Assembly: GCF_055900595.2 (NCBI RefSeq)
Contig: NZ_CM148325.1
Reading direction: 5' to 3' (one strand)
DNA length: 64,000 bases
Positions within the stretch are counted from its first letter, which is position 1. Each line of letters starts with the position of its first letter. The notes beneath the pieces were generated by a model that ran no database searches, was not told the origin of the DNA, and saw only the letters and a list, made by a program, of their open reading frames with translations. This document shows, in pieces, positions 1 through 11,647 of this stretch. The position numbers were made by a program, and so were the translations under genes.

Positions 1-2269
1 GAGAAAGCAACTCCAGCACCAGCGGCACACGCCCCTGGGCGATCGTCGGATTGGTGGCCTCGCCAAACATCTCCTGCATTCTCACCGCCAGCGCGGGCGG
101 GTTATCTTCATGGTAACGAATGGCGATCCGGCTTCCCGTCGGCACAGTGTAATGCGCAGGCAATTCACTATCCAGACGTTGCTGCATTCCCCAATCAAGT
201 AATCCGCGTAGCGCCTGAAAAATATCGAGTGATTTCAGGCCGCGTAGCGAATGTACCCCTGTCATATGCGGCAGCAGCCACGTTTCCAGCGTCGCCAACA
301 AACTTTCATCATCAACCGCTGGCCAGTCATATTCCGGCAACCACTTTGCGGCGCATAACAAACGCAAGCGTAGCTGTTCCGCTTCCGCCGTCCAGTTAAG
401 CACGCTTAAGCCTTTATCACGAACGCCGTTAAGCATCGCCTGATGCAGCTCGTCTTCTGAAGGCTTCGCCAGCGGCTGCACTTTTACCGTCAGTTGACCA
501 ATTTGCAACCGACGCCAGGCTTTCAGCGTACCTTGCGCATCATCCCACTCCACGGTGTCCGATTGCTGCACCAGCTGCGGACAGCGTTGCACTAATTCAT
601 CGATATCGACCGGTAGCGCCAGTAAAATCCGCGCATCCGGCGAGGCGCTACCCTGCAATAATAACGGTGCGATCAACCATTCGTGGCGGCTGAGCGCATC
701 ATCGGCATCGAGCATTGCCCCCATGCCGTTTGCCAGTTGATAGCGCCCCTCTTGCCCACGGCGGCGAGCGATGCGATCGGCAAACGCTCCGGCAAGTAAC
801 GGTGCGATAAGCGAACTGTCTGCCTCACCGCCGCGTACGTTTAAGCGCTTTAACAGTTGCTGGCTACGTTGCTGCCAGGCAGGTTGATTGCGCGAAAACG
901 CCACGCCCAGATCGATATTGCCCATCCGTGGTGGCTCTTCGAGAATAGCGGCAATTTTTGCAGCGGTAGCAGCTTCGTCGTCGCTCTTTGCGCTCACCAG
1001 CATTGCCGCTAAACGCGGATCGTTACCCAGCGTCGCCATTTTCTGCCCTTTCGTGCTTAGCCGTTCACCGTCCATCGCCCCCAGCATCCGCAACAGGCGT
1101 TTCGCGGCCTGTAAATTCACGGCTGGCGGTTGATCCAGCCAGCTCATCTGCGTCGGATCGCTGCATCCCCATTGCAGTAATTCCATCAGCAAACCGGAGA
1201 GATCGCTTTGTAATATTTCTGGTTCACTTTGCGCGGAGGCGCGTTCTGCTTGTTCTTTGGCGATTAAATGTAAACAGATCCCCGGCTCCAGACGTCCGGC
1301 ACGCCCGGCGCGTTGCGTCATTGATGCCTGGCTAATGCGTTGGGTAATCAGCCGCGTTAGCCCCGTGCGCGGATCAAAGCGCGCCACACGTTCCTGAGCA
1401 CAATCCACCACCAGACGAATACCTTCGATGGTTAAACTGGTTTCAGCAATATTGGTCGCCAGCACCACTTTGCGCATCCCTTGTGGTGCCGGAAGGATCG
1501 CTTTTCGCTGATCGTTCAGCGACAACGCGCCATACAGCGGGCAGAGCAACACATCACTACCGATGCGCGAAGCCAGTTGTTCCTGCACACGCTGAATTTC
1601 TCCGACACCCGGTAAAAATAACAGTAATGAGCCGCTTTCCTGATGCAGCAATTCGGCGGTGGCAACCGCCACGGCTTCATCAAAACGCTGATGAGCGGGC
1701 AGCGGTAAATATCGGCGTTCAACCGGAAACGAGCGCCCTTCTGAGATGACGACGGGCGCTTCTGGCAGCATCTGCTGCAAGCGGTCATTGTCCAGCGTAG
1801 CCGACATAATCAGTAGTTTAAGGTCATCACGCAGCCCCTGTTGCACATCGAGTAACAGCGCCAACGCCAGATCCGCCTGCAAGCTGCGCTCATGAAACTC
1901 ATCGAGGATCACCAATCCAACGCCGCTCAGTTCAGGGTCACGCTGGATCATGCGCGTCAACACGCCTTCGGTAACTACTTCCAGGCGAGTATTTGGCCCG
2001 ACACAGTTTTGCGCGCGCATCCGGTAGCCTACCGTATCACCTGTTTTTTCGTTAAGCAGTTCCGCCAGTCGTTGCGCAACGTTACGCGCCGCCAGACGAC
2101 GCGGCTCCAGCAGGATAATTTTTCCGTTAATGCCGGGATGCGCCAGCAGTTGCAGCGGCAGCCAGGTTGATTTCCCGGCCCCGGTCGGCGCACTTAATAA
2201 CACCTGCGGTGCACCATCGAGGGCAGCAAGTAACTCAGGTAAGACGGCAGCAACGGGCAACGACGACAC
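1..2269 (-). CDS. hrpB: ATP-dependent RNA helicase HrpB, N-terminal ~756 codons; 3' end lies beyond the window start
   Basis: Minus-strand frame open from 2269 to the window edge. N-terminus translates as V/M-SSLPVAAVLPELLAALDGAPQVLLSAPTGAGKSTWLPLQL with Walker A motif GAGKST. GTG start at 2267-2269, divergent from ligT. Confidence 0.85.
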   Translation of the reverse strand, partial: MSSLPVAAVLPELLAALDGAPQVLLSAPTGAGKSTWLPLQLLAHPGINGKIILLEPRRLAARNVAQRLAELLNEKTGDTVGYRMRAQNCVGPNTRLEVVTEGVLTRMIQRDPELSGVGLVILDEFHERSLQADLALALLLDVQQGLRDDLKLLIMSATLDNDRLQQMLPEAPVVISEGRSFPVERRYLPLPAHQRFDEAVAVATAELLHQESGSLLLFLPGVGEIQRVQEQLASRIGSDVLLCPLYGALSLNDQRKAILPAPQGMRKVVLATNIAETSLTIEGIRLVVDCAQERVARFDPRTGLTRLITQRISQASMTQRAGRAGRLEPGICLHLIAKEQAERASAQSEPEILQSDLSGLLMELLQWGCSDPTQMSWLDQPPAVNLQAAKRLLRMLGAMDGERLSTKGQKMATLGNDPRLAAMLVSAKSDDEAATAAKIAAILEEPPRMGNIDLGVAFSRNQPAWQQRSQQLLKRLNVRGGEADSSLIAPLLAGAFADRIARRRGQEGRYQLANGMGAMLDADDALSRHEWLIAPLLLQGSASPDARILLALPVDIDELVQRCPQLVQQSDTVEWDDAQGTLKAWRRLQIGQLTVKVQPLAKPSEDELHQAMLNGVRDKGLSVLNWTAEAEQLRLRLLCAAKWLPEYDWPAVDDESLLATLETWLLPHMTGVHSLRGLKSLDIFQALRGLLDWGMQQRLDSELPAHYTVPTGSRIAIRYHEDNPPALAVRMQEMFGEATNPTIAQGRVPLVLELLS

Positions 2270-2342
2270 AAAACGCTCCAGAGGGTTAACATTCTTCGCG
2301 CCACATTGTAGCATCGCGGTAATGCATAACCGAGTACCTCAC

Positions 2343-3592
<1,250 letters not shown>

Positions 3593-3769
3593 TAGAGTAA
3601 GTAACTGGTTAATTTACATTCTGGTCGCGTGCGCAAATACGCTTTTCCTCACACAGTTGTCAAGTGTTACGTTTAGATAATTGCTATCCGGAAAAGCTTC
3701 TGCTATTTATAGCGGCCTCATTTTTCCCCCGAACATGGGGATCGATAGTGCGTGTTAAGGAGAAGCAAC

Positions 3770-4225
3770 ATGCAAGAAGGGCAAAACCGTAAAACATCGT
3801 CCCTGAGTATTCTCGCCATCGCTGGGGTGGAGCCATATCAGGAGAAGCCGGGCGAAGAGTATATGAACGAAGCCCAGCTGGCGCACTTCCGTCGTATTCT
3901 GGAAGCATGGCGTAATCAACTCAGGGATGAAGTCGATCGCACCGTTACACATATGCAGGATGAAGCAGCCAACTTCCCGGACCCGGTAGACCGTGCAGCC
4001 CAGGAAGAAGAGTTCAGCCTCGAACTGCGTAACCGCGATCGCGAGCGTAAGCTGATCAAAAAGATCGAGAAAACGCTGAAAAAAGTGGAAGACGAAGATT
4101 TCGGCTACTGCGAATCTTGCGGTGTTGAAATTGGTATTCGTCGTCTGGAAGCGCGCCCGACAGCCGATCTGTGCATCGACTGCAAAACGCTGGCTGAAAT
4201 TCGCGAAAAACAGATGGCTGGCTAA
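3770..4225 (+). CDS. dksA: RNA polymerase-binding transcription factor DksA
   Basis: ATG at 3770 preceded by AGGAG (3758-3762); 151 aa. C4 zinc finger CESCG...CIDC and an acidic coiled-coil region. The track ORF begins 6 codons upstream at a GTG. Confidence 0.95.
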   Translation: MQEGQNRKTSSLSILAIAGVEPYQEKPGEEYMNEAQLAHFRRILEAWRNQLRDEVDRTVTHMQDEAANFPDPVDRAAQEEEFSLELRNRDRERKLIKKIEKTLKKVEDEDFGYCESCGVEIGIRRLEARPTADLCIDCKTLAEIREKQMAG

Positions 4226-4253
4226 TTACAGCCGTTCCATCACGTTTACCACA

Positions 4254-4281
4254 GGCGGGAAATGCTCCCGCCTTATTTTTT
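4254..4281 (+). terminator. Intrinsic terminator hairpin downstream of dksA (GGCGGGAAATGCTCCCGCC followed by a T-run)
   Basis: Perfect 7-bp GC-rich stem with a 5-nt loop, followed by TTATTTTTT, lying 29 nt after the dksA stop. Confidence 0.6.
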
Positions 4282-4291
4282 GTTCAACGAG

Positions 4292-5188
4292 ATGACAGAC
4301 ACACACTATATTGGTCGCTTCGCCCCCTCTCCTTCTGGCGAGCTTCATTTTGGCTCTCTGATTGCCGCGCTTGGAAGCTTTCTACAGGCTCGCGCCCGGC
4401 AAGGTCGCTGGCTTGTTCGCATTGAAGATATCGATCCGCCTCGTGAAGTTCCCGGTGCCGCAGAGACCATCCTGCGCCAGCTGGAACATTACGGTCTACA
4501 CTGGGACGGCGATGTTCTCTGGCAATCGCAACGTCACGACGCCTATCGCGAAGCACTCGCATGGTTACATGAGCAAGGGTTAAGTTATTACTGCACCTGC
4601 ACGCGCGCACGTATTCAAAGCATTGGCGGTATTTACGACGGTCATTGCCGGGAGTTGCATCATGGGCCAGAAAACGCTGCTGTACGTATTCGCCAGCAGC
4701 ATCCGGTCACCCAGTTTACTGACCAGCTGCGCGGCATTATTCATGCCGACCAAAAACTGGCGCGGGAAGATTTTATTATTCATCGTCGTGATGGTTTATT
4801 TGCCTATAACCTGGCGGTGGTGGTGGATGATCACTTCCAGGGCGTGAGCGAAATTGTCCGCGGGGCAGATTTGATCGAACCGACAGTGCGGCAAATCTCG
4901 CTGTACCAGCTTTTTGGCTGGCAGGTGCCAGATTACATTCATTTGCCACTGGCACTTAATCCACAAGGCGCTAAACTTTCCAAGCAGAATCATGCGCCTG
5001 CGTTGCCAAAAGGCGATCCTCGGCCGGTGTTAATCGCGGCACTTCAATTTCTGGGCCAGCAGGCAGAAACACACTGGCAGGATTTCAGCGTTGAGCAAAT
5101 TCTCCAGTCAGCCGTCACAAACTGGACGCTGACTACCATTCCTGAGTCGGCAATTGTAAATTCAACATTCTCAAATGCGTCATGCTGA
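4292..5188 (+). CDS. gluQ: Glutamyl-Q tRNA(Asp) synthetase (GluRS paralogue YadB)
   Basis: Translation [23 protein letters not shown]... with class I aaRS HxGS motif. ATG at 4292 is chosen over the track ORF start at 4262, which lies inside the dksA terminator hairpin. Confidence 0.85.
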   Translation: MTDTHYIGRFAPSPSGELHFGSLIAALGSFLQARARQGRWLVRIEDIDPPREVPGAAETILRQLEHYGLHWDGDVLWQSQRHDAYREALAWLHEQGLSYYCTCTRARIQSIGGIYDGHCRELHHGPENAAVRIRQQHPVTQFTDQLRGIIHADQKLAREDFIIHRRDGLFAYNLAVVVDDHFQGVSEIVRGADLIEPTVRQISLYQLFGWQVPDYIHLPLALNPQGAKLSKQNHAPALPKGDPRPVLIAALQFLGQQAETHWQDFSVEQILQSAVTNWTLTTIPESAIVNSTFSNASC

Positions 5189-5247
5189 GCTATGATTAGC
5201 CGCTATTTTTTTGTCCTGAATGATGTTTGACACTACCGAGGTGTACT

Positions 5248-6645
5248 ATTTTTACCCGAGTCGCTAATTTTTGCCGCAAGGTGCTAAGCCGCGAGGAAAG
5301 CGAGGCTGAACAGGCAGTCGCCCGTCCACAGGTGACGGTGATCCCGCGTGAGCAGCATGCTATTTCCCGCAAAGATATCAGTGAAAATGCCCTGAAGGTA
5401 ATGTACAGGCTCAATAAAGCGGGATACGAAGCCTGGTTGGTTGGCGGCGGCGTGCGCGACCTGTTACTTGGCAAAAAGCCGAAAGATTTTGACGTAACCA
5501 CTAACGCCACGCCTGAGCAGGTGCGCAAACTGTTCCGTAACTGCCGCCTGGTGGGTCGCCGTTTCCGTCTGGCTCATGTGATGTTTGGCCCGGAGATTAT
5601 CGAAGTTGCGACCTTCCGGGGACATCACGAAGGTAACGTCAGCGACCGCACGACCTCCCAACGCGGGCAAAACGGCATGTTGCTGCGCGACAACATTTTC
5701 GGTTCCATCGAAGAAGACGCCCAGCGCCGCGATTTCACCATCAATAGCCTGTATTACAGCGTGGCGGATTTTACGGTCCGCGATTACGTTGGTGGCATGA
5801 AGGATCTGAAAGACGGCGTTATCCGTCTGATTGGTAACCCGGAAACGCGCTACCGTGAAGATCCGGTACGTATGCTGCGCGCGGTTCGTTTTGCCGCCAA
5901 ATTGGGCATGCGCATCAGCCCGGAAACCGCAGAACCGATCCCACGCCTGGCAACCCTGCTAAACGATATTCCTCCGGCACGCCTGTTTGAAGAATCGCTT
6001 AAACTGCTACAAGCGGGCTACGGTTACGAAACCTATAAACTGTTGTGTGAATACCATCTGTTCCAGCCGCTGTTCCCGACCATTACCCGCTACTTTACGG
6101 AAAATGGTGACAGTCCAATGGAGCGGATCATTGAGCAGGTGCTGAAGAATACTGACACGCGTATTCATAACGATATGCGCGTCAACCCGGCGTTCCTGTT
6201 TGCCGCCATGTTCTGGTATCCCCTGCTGGAAACAGCACAGAAAATCGCGCAAGAGAGCGGCCTGACTTATCACGACGCTTTCGCGCTGGCAATGAACGAT
6301 GTGTTAGACGAAGCCTGCCGTTCACTGGCGATCCCGAAACGGCTAACCACTTTAACGCGTGATATCTGGCAGTTACAGTTGCGCATGTCCCGCCGTCAGG
6401 GTAAACGCGCATGGAAATTACTCGAACATCCGAAGTTCCGTGCCGCTTATGACCTGCTGGCACTGCGTGCTGAAGTAGAACGCAACGCCGAGCTACAACG
6501 TCTGGCGAAATGGTGGGGTGAGTTCCAGGTTTCCGCGCCGCCGGACCAAAAAGGGATGCTTAACGAACTGGATGAAGAACCGTCACCGCGTCGTCGTACT
6601 CGTCGCCCGCGCAGACGTGCGCCGCGCCGTGAGGGCACCGCATGA
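5248..6645 (+). CDS. pcnB: Poly(A) polymerase I
   Basis: Track ORF 5227..6645 recognised as PcnB (nucleotidyltransferase motif [17 protein letters not shown]; Arg-rich C-terminus). Annotated from the ATT codon at 5248 (IFTRVANF...), following the known non-AUG initiation of pcnB. Exact start is uncertain from sequence alone. Confidence 0.85.
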   Translation: MFTRVANFCRKVLSREESEAEQAVARPQVTVIPREQHAISRKDISENALKVMYRLNKAGYEAWLVGGGVRDLLLGKKPKDFDVTTNATPEQVRKLFRNCRLVGRRFRLAHVMFGPEIIEVATFRGHHEGNVSDRTTSQRGQNGMLLRDNIFGSIEEDAQRRDFTINSLYYSVADFTVRDYVGGMKDLKDGVIRLIGNPETRYREDPVRMLRAVRFAAKLGMRISPETAEPIPRLATLLNDIPPARLFEESLKLLQAGYGYETYKLLCEYHLFQPLFPTITRYFTENGDSPMERIIEQVLKNTDTRIHNDMRVNPAFLFAAMFWYPLLETAQKIAQESGLTYHDAFALAMNDVLDEACRSLAIPKRLTTLTRDIWQLQLRMSRRQGKRAWKLLEHPKFRAAYDLLALRAEVERNAELQRLAKWWGEFQVSAPPDQKGMLNELDEEPSPRRRTRRPRRRAPRREGTA

Positions 6646-7118
6646 CAGTGGCGTATATTGCTATCGGCAGCAATCTGGCCTCTCCGCTGGAGCAGGTCAA
6701 TGCTGCCCTGAAGGCAATAGATGACATTCCTGAAAGCCGCATTCTTGCCGTTTCTTCGTTTTACCGCACCCCACCACTGGGGCCGCAAGATCAACCCGAT
6801 TACTTAAACGCAGCCGTGGCGCTGGAAACCTCTCTTACAGCTGAAGAACTCCTCAACCACACACAGCGTATTGAGTTGCAGCAAGGTCGCGTCCGCAAAG
6901 CTGAACGCTGGGGACCGCGCACGCTCGATCTTGATATCATGTTGTTTGGTAATCAGGTCATAAACACTGAGCGCCTGACCGTTCCGCACTATGATATGAA
7001 GAATCGTGGATTTATGTTGTGGCCGCTGTTTGAGATCGCGCCGGAACTGGTGTTTCCTGATGGTGAAACGCTGCAAGCAAGACTCACTACTTTCCCTCCC
7101 TGCCCACAGCACTGGTAA
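6642..7118 (+). CDS. folK: 2-amino-4-hydroxy-6-hydroxymethyldihydropteridine pyrophosphokinase (HPPK)
   Basis: 158-aa ORF recognised as FolK; its ATG overlaps the pcnB stop (ATGA), indicating translational coupling. Confidence 0.9.
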   Translation: MTVAYIAIGSNLASPLEQVNAALKAIDDIPESRILAVSSFYRTPPLGPQDQPDYLNAAVALETSLTAEELLNHTQRIELQQGRVRKAERWGPRTLDLDIMLFGNQVINTERLTVPHYDMKNRGFMLWPLFEIAPELVFPDGETLQARLTTFPPCPQHW

Positions 7119-7621
7119 ACCACATTTCTGGAAAAGCGTATTGGGTAATGCAATGTTGTATAATATTATTTTATAGTTTCAATGAATTAATTCTCTCTCC
7201 CCCATCATAAAAATCACAAAAAAACAGCATTAAACATATAATTACGGCAAATATATTTTCATTACCTATATTAACTTTTCTCTTTATAAGAGGTTTTTAA
7301 TGATAATGAACCAGTTTATTCTGGGTACTATGCCTCACTCCCGGTATTAGCACTGGATAGCGCTTAACTGGATTCTGTCAGGCTGGGACGGGGCAACAAG
7401 AGCATACAACGACCAGTCCTTAACGCGTGATTATTAATTTCTACAGCGTATCATCATATTATTTAAATCTGCCCAACCTCACCAAATACATTCATAAAAT
7501 GCATAATGATAATAAATCATAAAATACATTCACCGAAGATATTTCTCTTTAAAGAGCGTGACATTTATAATAAGTATTGGTGAGAAAAATCACCCCCATT
7601 AATTTTTATAAGGATATTCCC

Positions 7622-8191
7622 ATGTTAAAAAAAAGTGCTATTGCTGCGGCATTAGTGATGTTCACCACTTCTGCTTTCGCGCTGGATGGCGGTCAATTAG
7701 ATTTCGCGGGTTTGGTGAGTGACAACACTTGCGTCTTGCACGTCAACGGTGGCGCCCAGGACGGTCAGATTACCCTGCAAACCGCCACAACCACTGAAGT
7801 TAATCAGGCCGGTGTTGTCCAACTTGCCAGCCCTGGCGCAAAACCGGAAGCCTTCTCTATTACGATCGATTGCTCGGACGATCCACAGGGCGCCTCTGCC
7901 AATCTGAGCATGGGTTCCGTGTTCTTCAGCAACAGTCAGGGCACTCTGAACAACGATCTCTCCATTAGCCAGGCGGCTACCGGGGTCGCGATTGCCATTC
8001 ACTACCTTACCGATGCCACTACCTACGAACAGATGAGAGTGAACGACAGCACTGATGTTAAAAACCTGCTGTTTACCAACGGCAAAGCGGTTTACAACTT
8101 TAAAGCGTCATATGTAAAACAGGCAGCAACAGTTAACGCAACGGCAGGTTATGTCAAAACCAACGCCGCTTATACAGTGACTTACCAGTAA
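7622..8191 (+). CDS. yadN: Fimbrial major subunit (type 1 pilin family), yad operon
   Basis: ATG at 7622 preceded by AAGGA; signal peptide MLKKSAIAAALVMFTTSAFA; pilin-like length and a C-terminal Tyr-rich beta-strand (YTVTYQ). The track ORF starts earlier at a TTG with no ribosome-binding site. Confidence 0.85.
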   Translation: MLKKSAIAAALVMFTTSAFALDGGQLDFAGLVSDNTCVLHVNGGAQDGQITLQTATTTEVNQAGVVQLASPGAKPEAFSITIDCSDDPQGASANLSMGSVFFSNSQGTLNNDLSISQAATGVAIAIHYLTDATTYEQMRVNDSTDVKNLLFTNGKAVYNFKASYVKQAATVNATAGYVKTNAAYTVTYQ

Positions 8192-8248
8192 ATATCTGCA
8201 TCACCCGACAGCCCACGGGCTGTTGGGTCACTCAATAAGGATAGTGTT

Positions 8249-8992
8249 ATGACCAGGATGTGTCAGTTTGTTGTTTCCACTGTTTTCGTCGCATCGACAG
8301 CCGTTTTCAGCCTCACCGCGCAAGCAGATATTGTGCTTTCCGGTACGCGCATTATTTACAATGCCGACCAGAAAGACGTCACATTGCGCATGGAAAACAA
8401 AGGTGCCCGTCCACTATTAGTTCAGACCTGGATTGATACCGGCAGCGAAAATGCCGACCCCAGCACACTGAAAGTGCCTTTTACCGTGACGCCGCCGGTT
8501 TCCCGCGTTGATGGTAAAAAAGGCCAAACGGTAAAAATTGCATGGAACGCCAGCCAGACCCTTCCAGCCGATCGCGAAAGCGTTTATTGGTTCAATGCGC
8601 TGGAAGTCCCCCCCAAGATGAGCGATGCCGATGCCAAAGGAAAAAACATTCTGCAACTGGCTTTCCGTACCCGTATCAAGCTGTTCTATCGCCCAACCGG
8701 TCTGGCGGGTAACCCGGCTGATGCACCAAAACAGTTAACCTGGCGTCTTCAGACTTCAGCCGGAAAAGTGGTGCTGCAGGCGACAAACCCAACGCCTTAT
8801 CACGTCTCATTCAGCAGTATTACCCTTGCCTCAGGCGGTAACAACTATACCGTGGAAACCAGTATGGTCGAGCCAAAAAGCAGTGCGGAAATGGTGGTAA
8901 AAGGCGCTCCCCATTCTGTGTCTGGCGCAACGGTTGATTACTCAGCCATAAATGATTTTGGCGGTGGAATTGACGGCAAAGTCAAACTTTGA
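8249..8992 (+). CDS. yadV: Periplasmic fimbrial chaperone (PapD/FimC family)
   Basis: 247-aa ORF with signal peptide and the PapD-like N-terminal fold signature (IYNADQKDVTLRMENKG...). Confidence 0.9.
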   Translation: MTRMCQFVVSTVFVASTAVFSLTAQADIVLSGTRIIYNADQKDVTLRMENKGARPLLVQTWIDTGSENADPSTLKVPFTVTPPVSRVDGKKGQTVKIAWNASQTLPADRESVYWFNALEVPPKMSDADAKGKNILQLAFRTRIKLFYRPTGLAGNPADAPKQLTWRLQTSAGKVVLQATNPTPYHVSFSSITLASGGNNYTVETSMVEPKSSAEMVVKGAPHSVSGATVDYSAINDFGGGIDGKVKL

Positions 8993-9024
8993 TGCCCACA
9001 GACCATATCGGCTGAGATCGTACA

Positions 9025-11631
9025 ATGAAAATCCCCGACGATGGCAAAAGAATTCAACGCTCGCCACTCGCTTGCCTGATTGCGTGTAGCCTGCTGCCCT
9101 GCACACAAAATGTGTGGGGGGCAAACGAGACCGTTGAGTTTGATAACACGTTCCTGATGGGTGCAGGCGCCAGGGATATTGATGTCAATCGTTATAGCAA
9201 AGGTAACGCAACATTACCGGGGCGCTATGACGTCAGCGTGTTTATTAATAACCAGGCCAGCGCCAATCTGAAAATCGAATTTATTGAATTAGACCCTGAA
9301 CACGCTGCTCAGCCCTGTATCTCCACCAACACATTATTACAACTGCATATTCGCCAGCCAGAAAAGTTAGCGGATAACGCAATTTTGCAAAAACGCGAAA
9401 ACGCTGCGCAGGATTGCCTGAACGTAGAGGTTGCTATTCCGCAATCGAGCGTCGCTTACAATAGCAACGATCAGCGGCTTGATATCAGCATGCCGCAAAT
9501 CTGGCTGCAGAGAACCTATGCCAACTATGTCGATCCGTCGCTGTGGGATGAAGGCATCAATGCCGCAATGCTCTCTTACACCCTTAACGGCTGGCGCAGT
9601 GAATCCCCCAATCAAACCACAGAAACCAGCTACGCCGGACTGATGGGCGGTATCAATTTATGGGGATGGCATTTTCGCTCACATGGTAACTATTCGTGGG
9701 ACAAAAAAGACGGCGGCAGTTTTGAATTCCAGGACAAATACCTGCAACGCGATATCGCCGCGCTCCGCTCTCAGCTGGTAATGGGTGAAACCAATACCAC
9801 AGGAGAAACCTTCGATTCTGTGCCTGTTCGTGGGCTGCGACTCTATAGCGAAAGCCGCATGTTGCCCCCAACGCTGGCATCATATGCGCCCGTTATCCGT
9901 GGCGTGGCAAACTCTAACGCGAAAGTCACGATCACCCAAAACGGCTATAAAATTTATGAAACGACCGTGCCGCCTGGTCCATTCGCGATTGACGATCTCA
10001 CGCCGGCAGGGTTCGGCGCCGATCTCGAGGTGACCATCACCGAATCGGACGGTTCAAAGCGTACGTTTAGTCAGGCTTATTCATCGGTGATCCAGATGAT
10101 GCGTCCCGGCGTGGGCAAATGGGATATCAGCGCCGGTGAGGTCAATAAAGAGGAACTCCAGGATAAACCGAACCTGCTGCAAGGTACCTACTATTACGGG
10201 TTGAGTAACACCTTCACCGGCTACACCGGCCTGCAAATGACCGATAACGGCTACTGGGCCGGTTTATTAGGGTTGGGGGTGAATACATCGCTGGGCGCTT
10301 TCTCATTCGATGTTACTCAGTCGCATGCCGAAATTCCTGACGATAAAACCTATAGTGGACAGAGTTACCGTGTTTCATGGAACAAATATTTCGCCCCGAC
10401 CGAAACCTCACTCAACATTGCCGCCTATCGCTACTCCACTGAAAACTATCTGGGGTTGAACGACGCGTTAACGCTGATTAATTCTGCCAACCATCCTGAT
10501 GAAGAAGGCTATTCGGGGATTGTCAGTTATGCACGCATGAAAAATCAGTTCAGCGTTAGCATTAATCAAACGTTAAAAAGTGATGAACGTGACTATGGCT
10601 CTTTCTATGTGAATGGCACATGGACAGATTACTGGGTAACCAACGAATCACAGAGCAGTTTTGCCTTTGGCTACAGCAATGCCTTTAACTGGGCGAGCTA
10701 CAGCGTCAGCCTGCAACGCACATACGACGAAGACAATAAGAAGGATGACTCGGTTTATCTGAGCGTGACCATTCCGCTTGATAAACTGCTTGGCCGCGAT
10801 AGCCATCAGGGCGGATTCAAAACCCTGAATACCAGCGTTAACAGCGACATGAAAGGTAGCTCGCAATATAACGCCAATGCCTCGGGCTACAGCCAGGATA
10901 ATCGCTGGAGTTACAGCGTGAATACTGCCTATAACGTGCAGAAAAACAGCGACAGCCTGAAAAGTATCAGCGGTTTTACCAGCTACGAGTCGCCGTGGGG
11001 AACATTTTCAGGCTCAGCCTCCACCAGCAGCGATCGCTCACGTCAGTATGGGCTCAGCACCGATGGCGGTTTTGTACTCCACCGCCACGGTCTGACCTTC
11101 AGTAACGACAGTTTTACCGACTCTGACACGTTGGCGCTGATCAACGCCCCGGGTGCAAAAGGCGCGCGCATTAACTTTGGTAACAGCACCATCGACCGTT
11201 TTGGCTACGGCGTGACCAGTTCACTGTCACCGTACCGGGAAAATACCGTCGCGCTCGATGTTAACGATCTGGATAACGACGTGGAACTCAAAAACACCAG
11301 TAGCGTCGCCATTCCGCGCCAGGGTTCCGTCATTTTCAGCCACTTTGACACCGACACCGGGCGTTCTGCCATTCTCAATCTACTGCGCAGCAACAATCAG
11401 CCCGTGCCGTTTGCTTCCGATATTACCGACGATAAAGGGACCTCTATCGGGACTGTCGGCCAGGGCAGTCAGGCATTTGTACGCGGTATCGCCGACAGCG
11501 GAGAACTGACGGTCACCTGGTATGAGAAAAATAGCCGCCAGCAGTGCCGTATTCATTATCAGATACCGTCATCACCCACCATGACCGGTAAAACCATCGT
11601 ACTCAACGCCGTGCCATGCACCCAGCAATAA
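9025..11631 (+). CDS. htrE: Outer-membrane fimbrial usher (FimD/PapC family)
   Basis: 868-aa ORF with usher-like N-terminal plug/beta-barrel sequence and a C-terminal Cys pair; sits between the chaperone and the minor pilins. Confidence 0.9.
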   Translation: MKIPDDGKRIQRSPLACLIACSLLPCTQNVWGANETVEFDNTFLMGAGARDIDVNRYSKGNATLPGRYDVSVFINNQASANLKIEFIELDPEHAAQPCISTNTLLQLHIRQPEKLADNAILQKRENAAQDCLNVEVAIPQSSVAYNSNDQRLDISMPQIWLQRTYANYVDPSLWDEGINAAMLSYTLNGWRSESPNQTTETSYAGLMGGINLWGWHFRSHGNYSWDKKDGGSFEFQDKYLQRDIAALRSQLVMGETNTTGETFDSVPVRGLRLYSESRMLPPTLASYAPVIRGVANSNAKVTITQNGYKIYETTVPPGPFAIDDLTPAGFGADLEVTITESDGSKRTFSQAYSSVIQMMRPGVGKWDISAGEVNKEELQDKPNLLQGTYYYGLSNTFTGYTGLQMTDNGYWAGLLGLGVNTSLGAFSFDVTQSHAEIPDDKTYSGQSYRVSWNKYFAPTETSLNIAAYRYSTENYLGLNDALTLINSANHPDEEGYSGIVSYARMKNQFSVSINQTLKSDERDYGSFYVNGTWTDYWVTNESQSSFAFGYSNAFNWASYSVSLQRTYDEDNKKDDSVYLSVTIPLDKLLGRDSHQGGFKTLNTSVNSDMKGSSQYNANASGYSQDNRWSYSVNTAYNVQKNSDSLKSISGFTSYESPWGTFSGSASTSSDRSRQYGLSTDGGFVLHRHGLTFSNDSFTDSDTLALINAPGAKGARINFGNSTIDRFGYGVTSSLSPYRENTVALDVNDLDNDVELKNTSSVAIPRQGSVIFSHFDTDTGRSAILNLLRSNNQPVPFASDITDDKGTSIGTVGQGSQAFVRGIADSGELTVTWYEKNSRQQCRIHYQIPSSPTMTGKTIVLNAVPCTQQ

Positions 11632-11647
11632 TGTTCCAGGAGAGGAA

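Noticed and set aside
2130-2342. N-terminal extension of the ligT ORF (track ORF starts at 2130)
   Set aside because: The extension overlaps the divergent hrpB start and has no similarity to LigT. The ATG at 2343 gives the expected 176-aa protein.
4262-4291. Alternative upstream ATG start for gluQ
   Set aside because: It lies inside the dksA terminator stem-loop; the ATG at 4292 is more plausible.
7577-7621. TTG start giving a 204-aa YadN
   Set aside because: No ribosome-binding site. The ATG at 7622 has AAGGA upstream and yields a canonical signal peptide.
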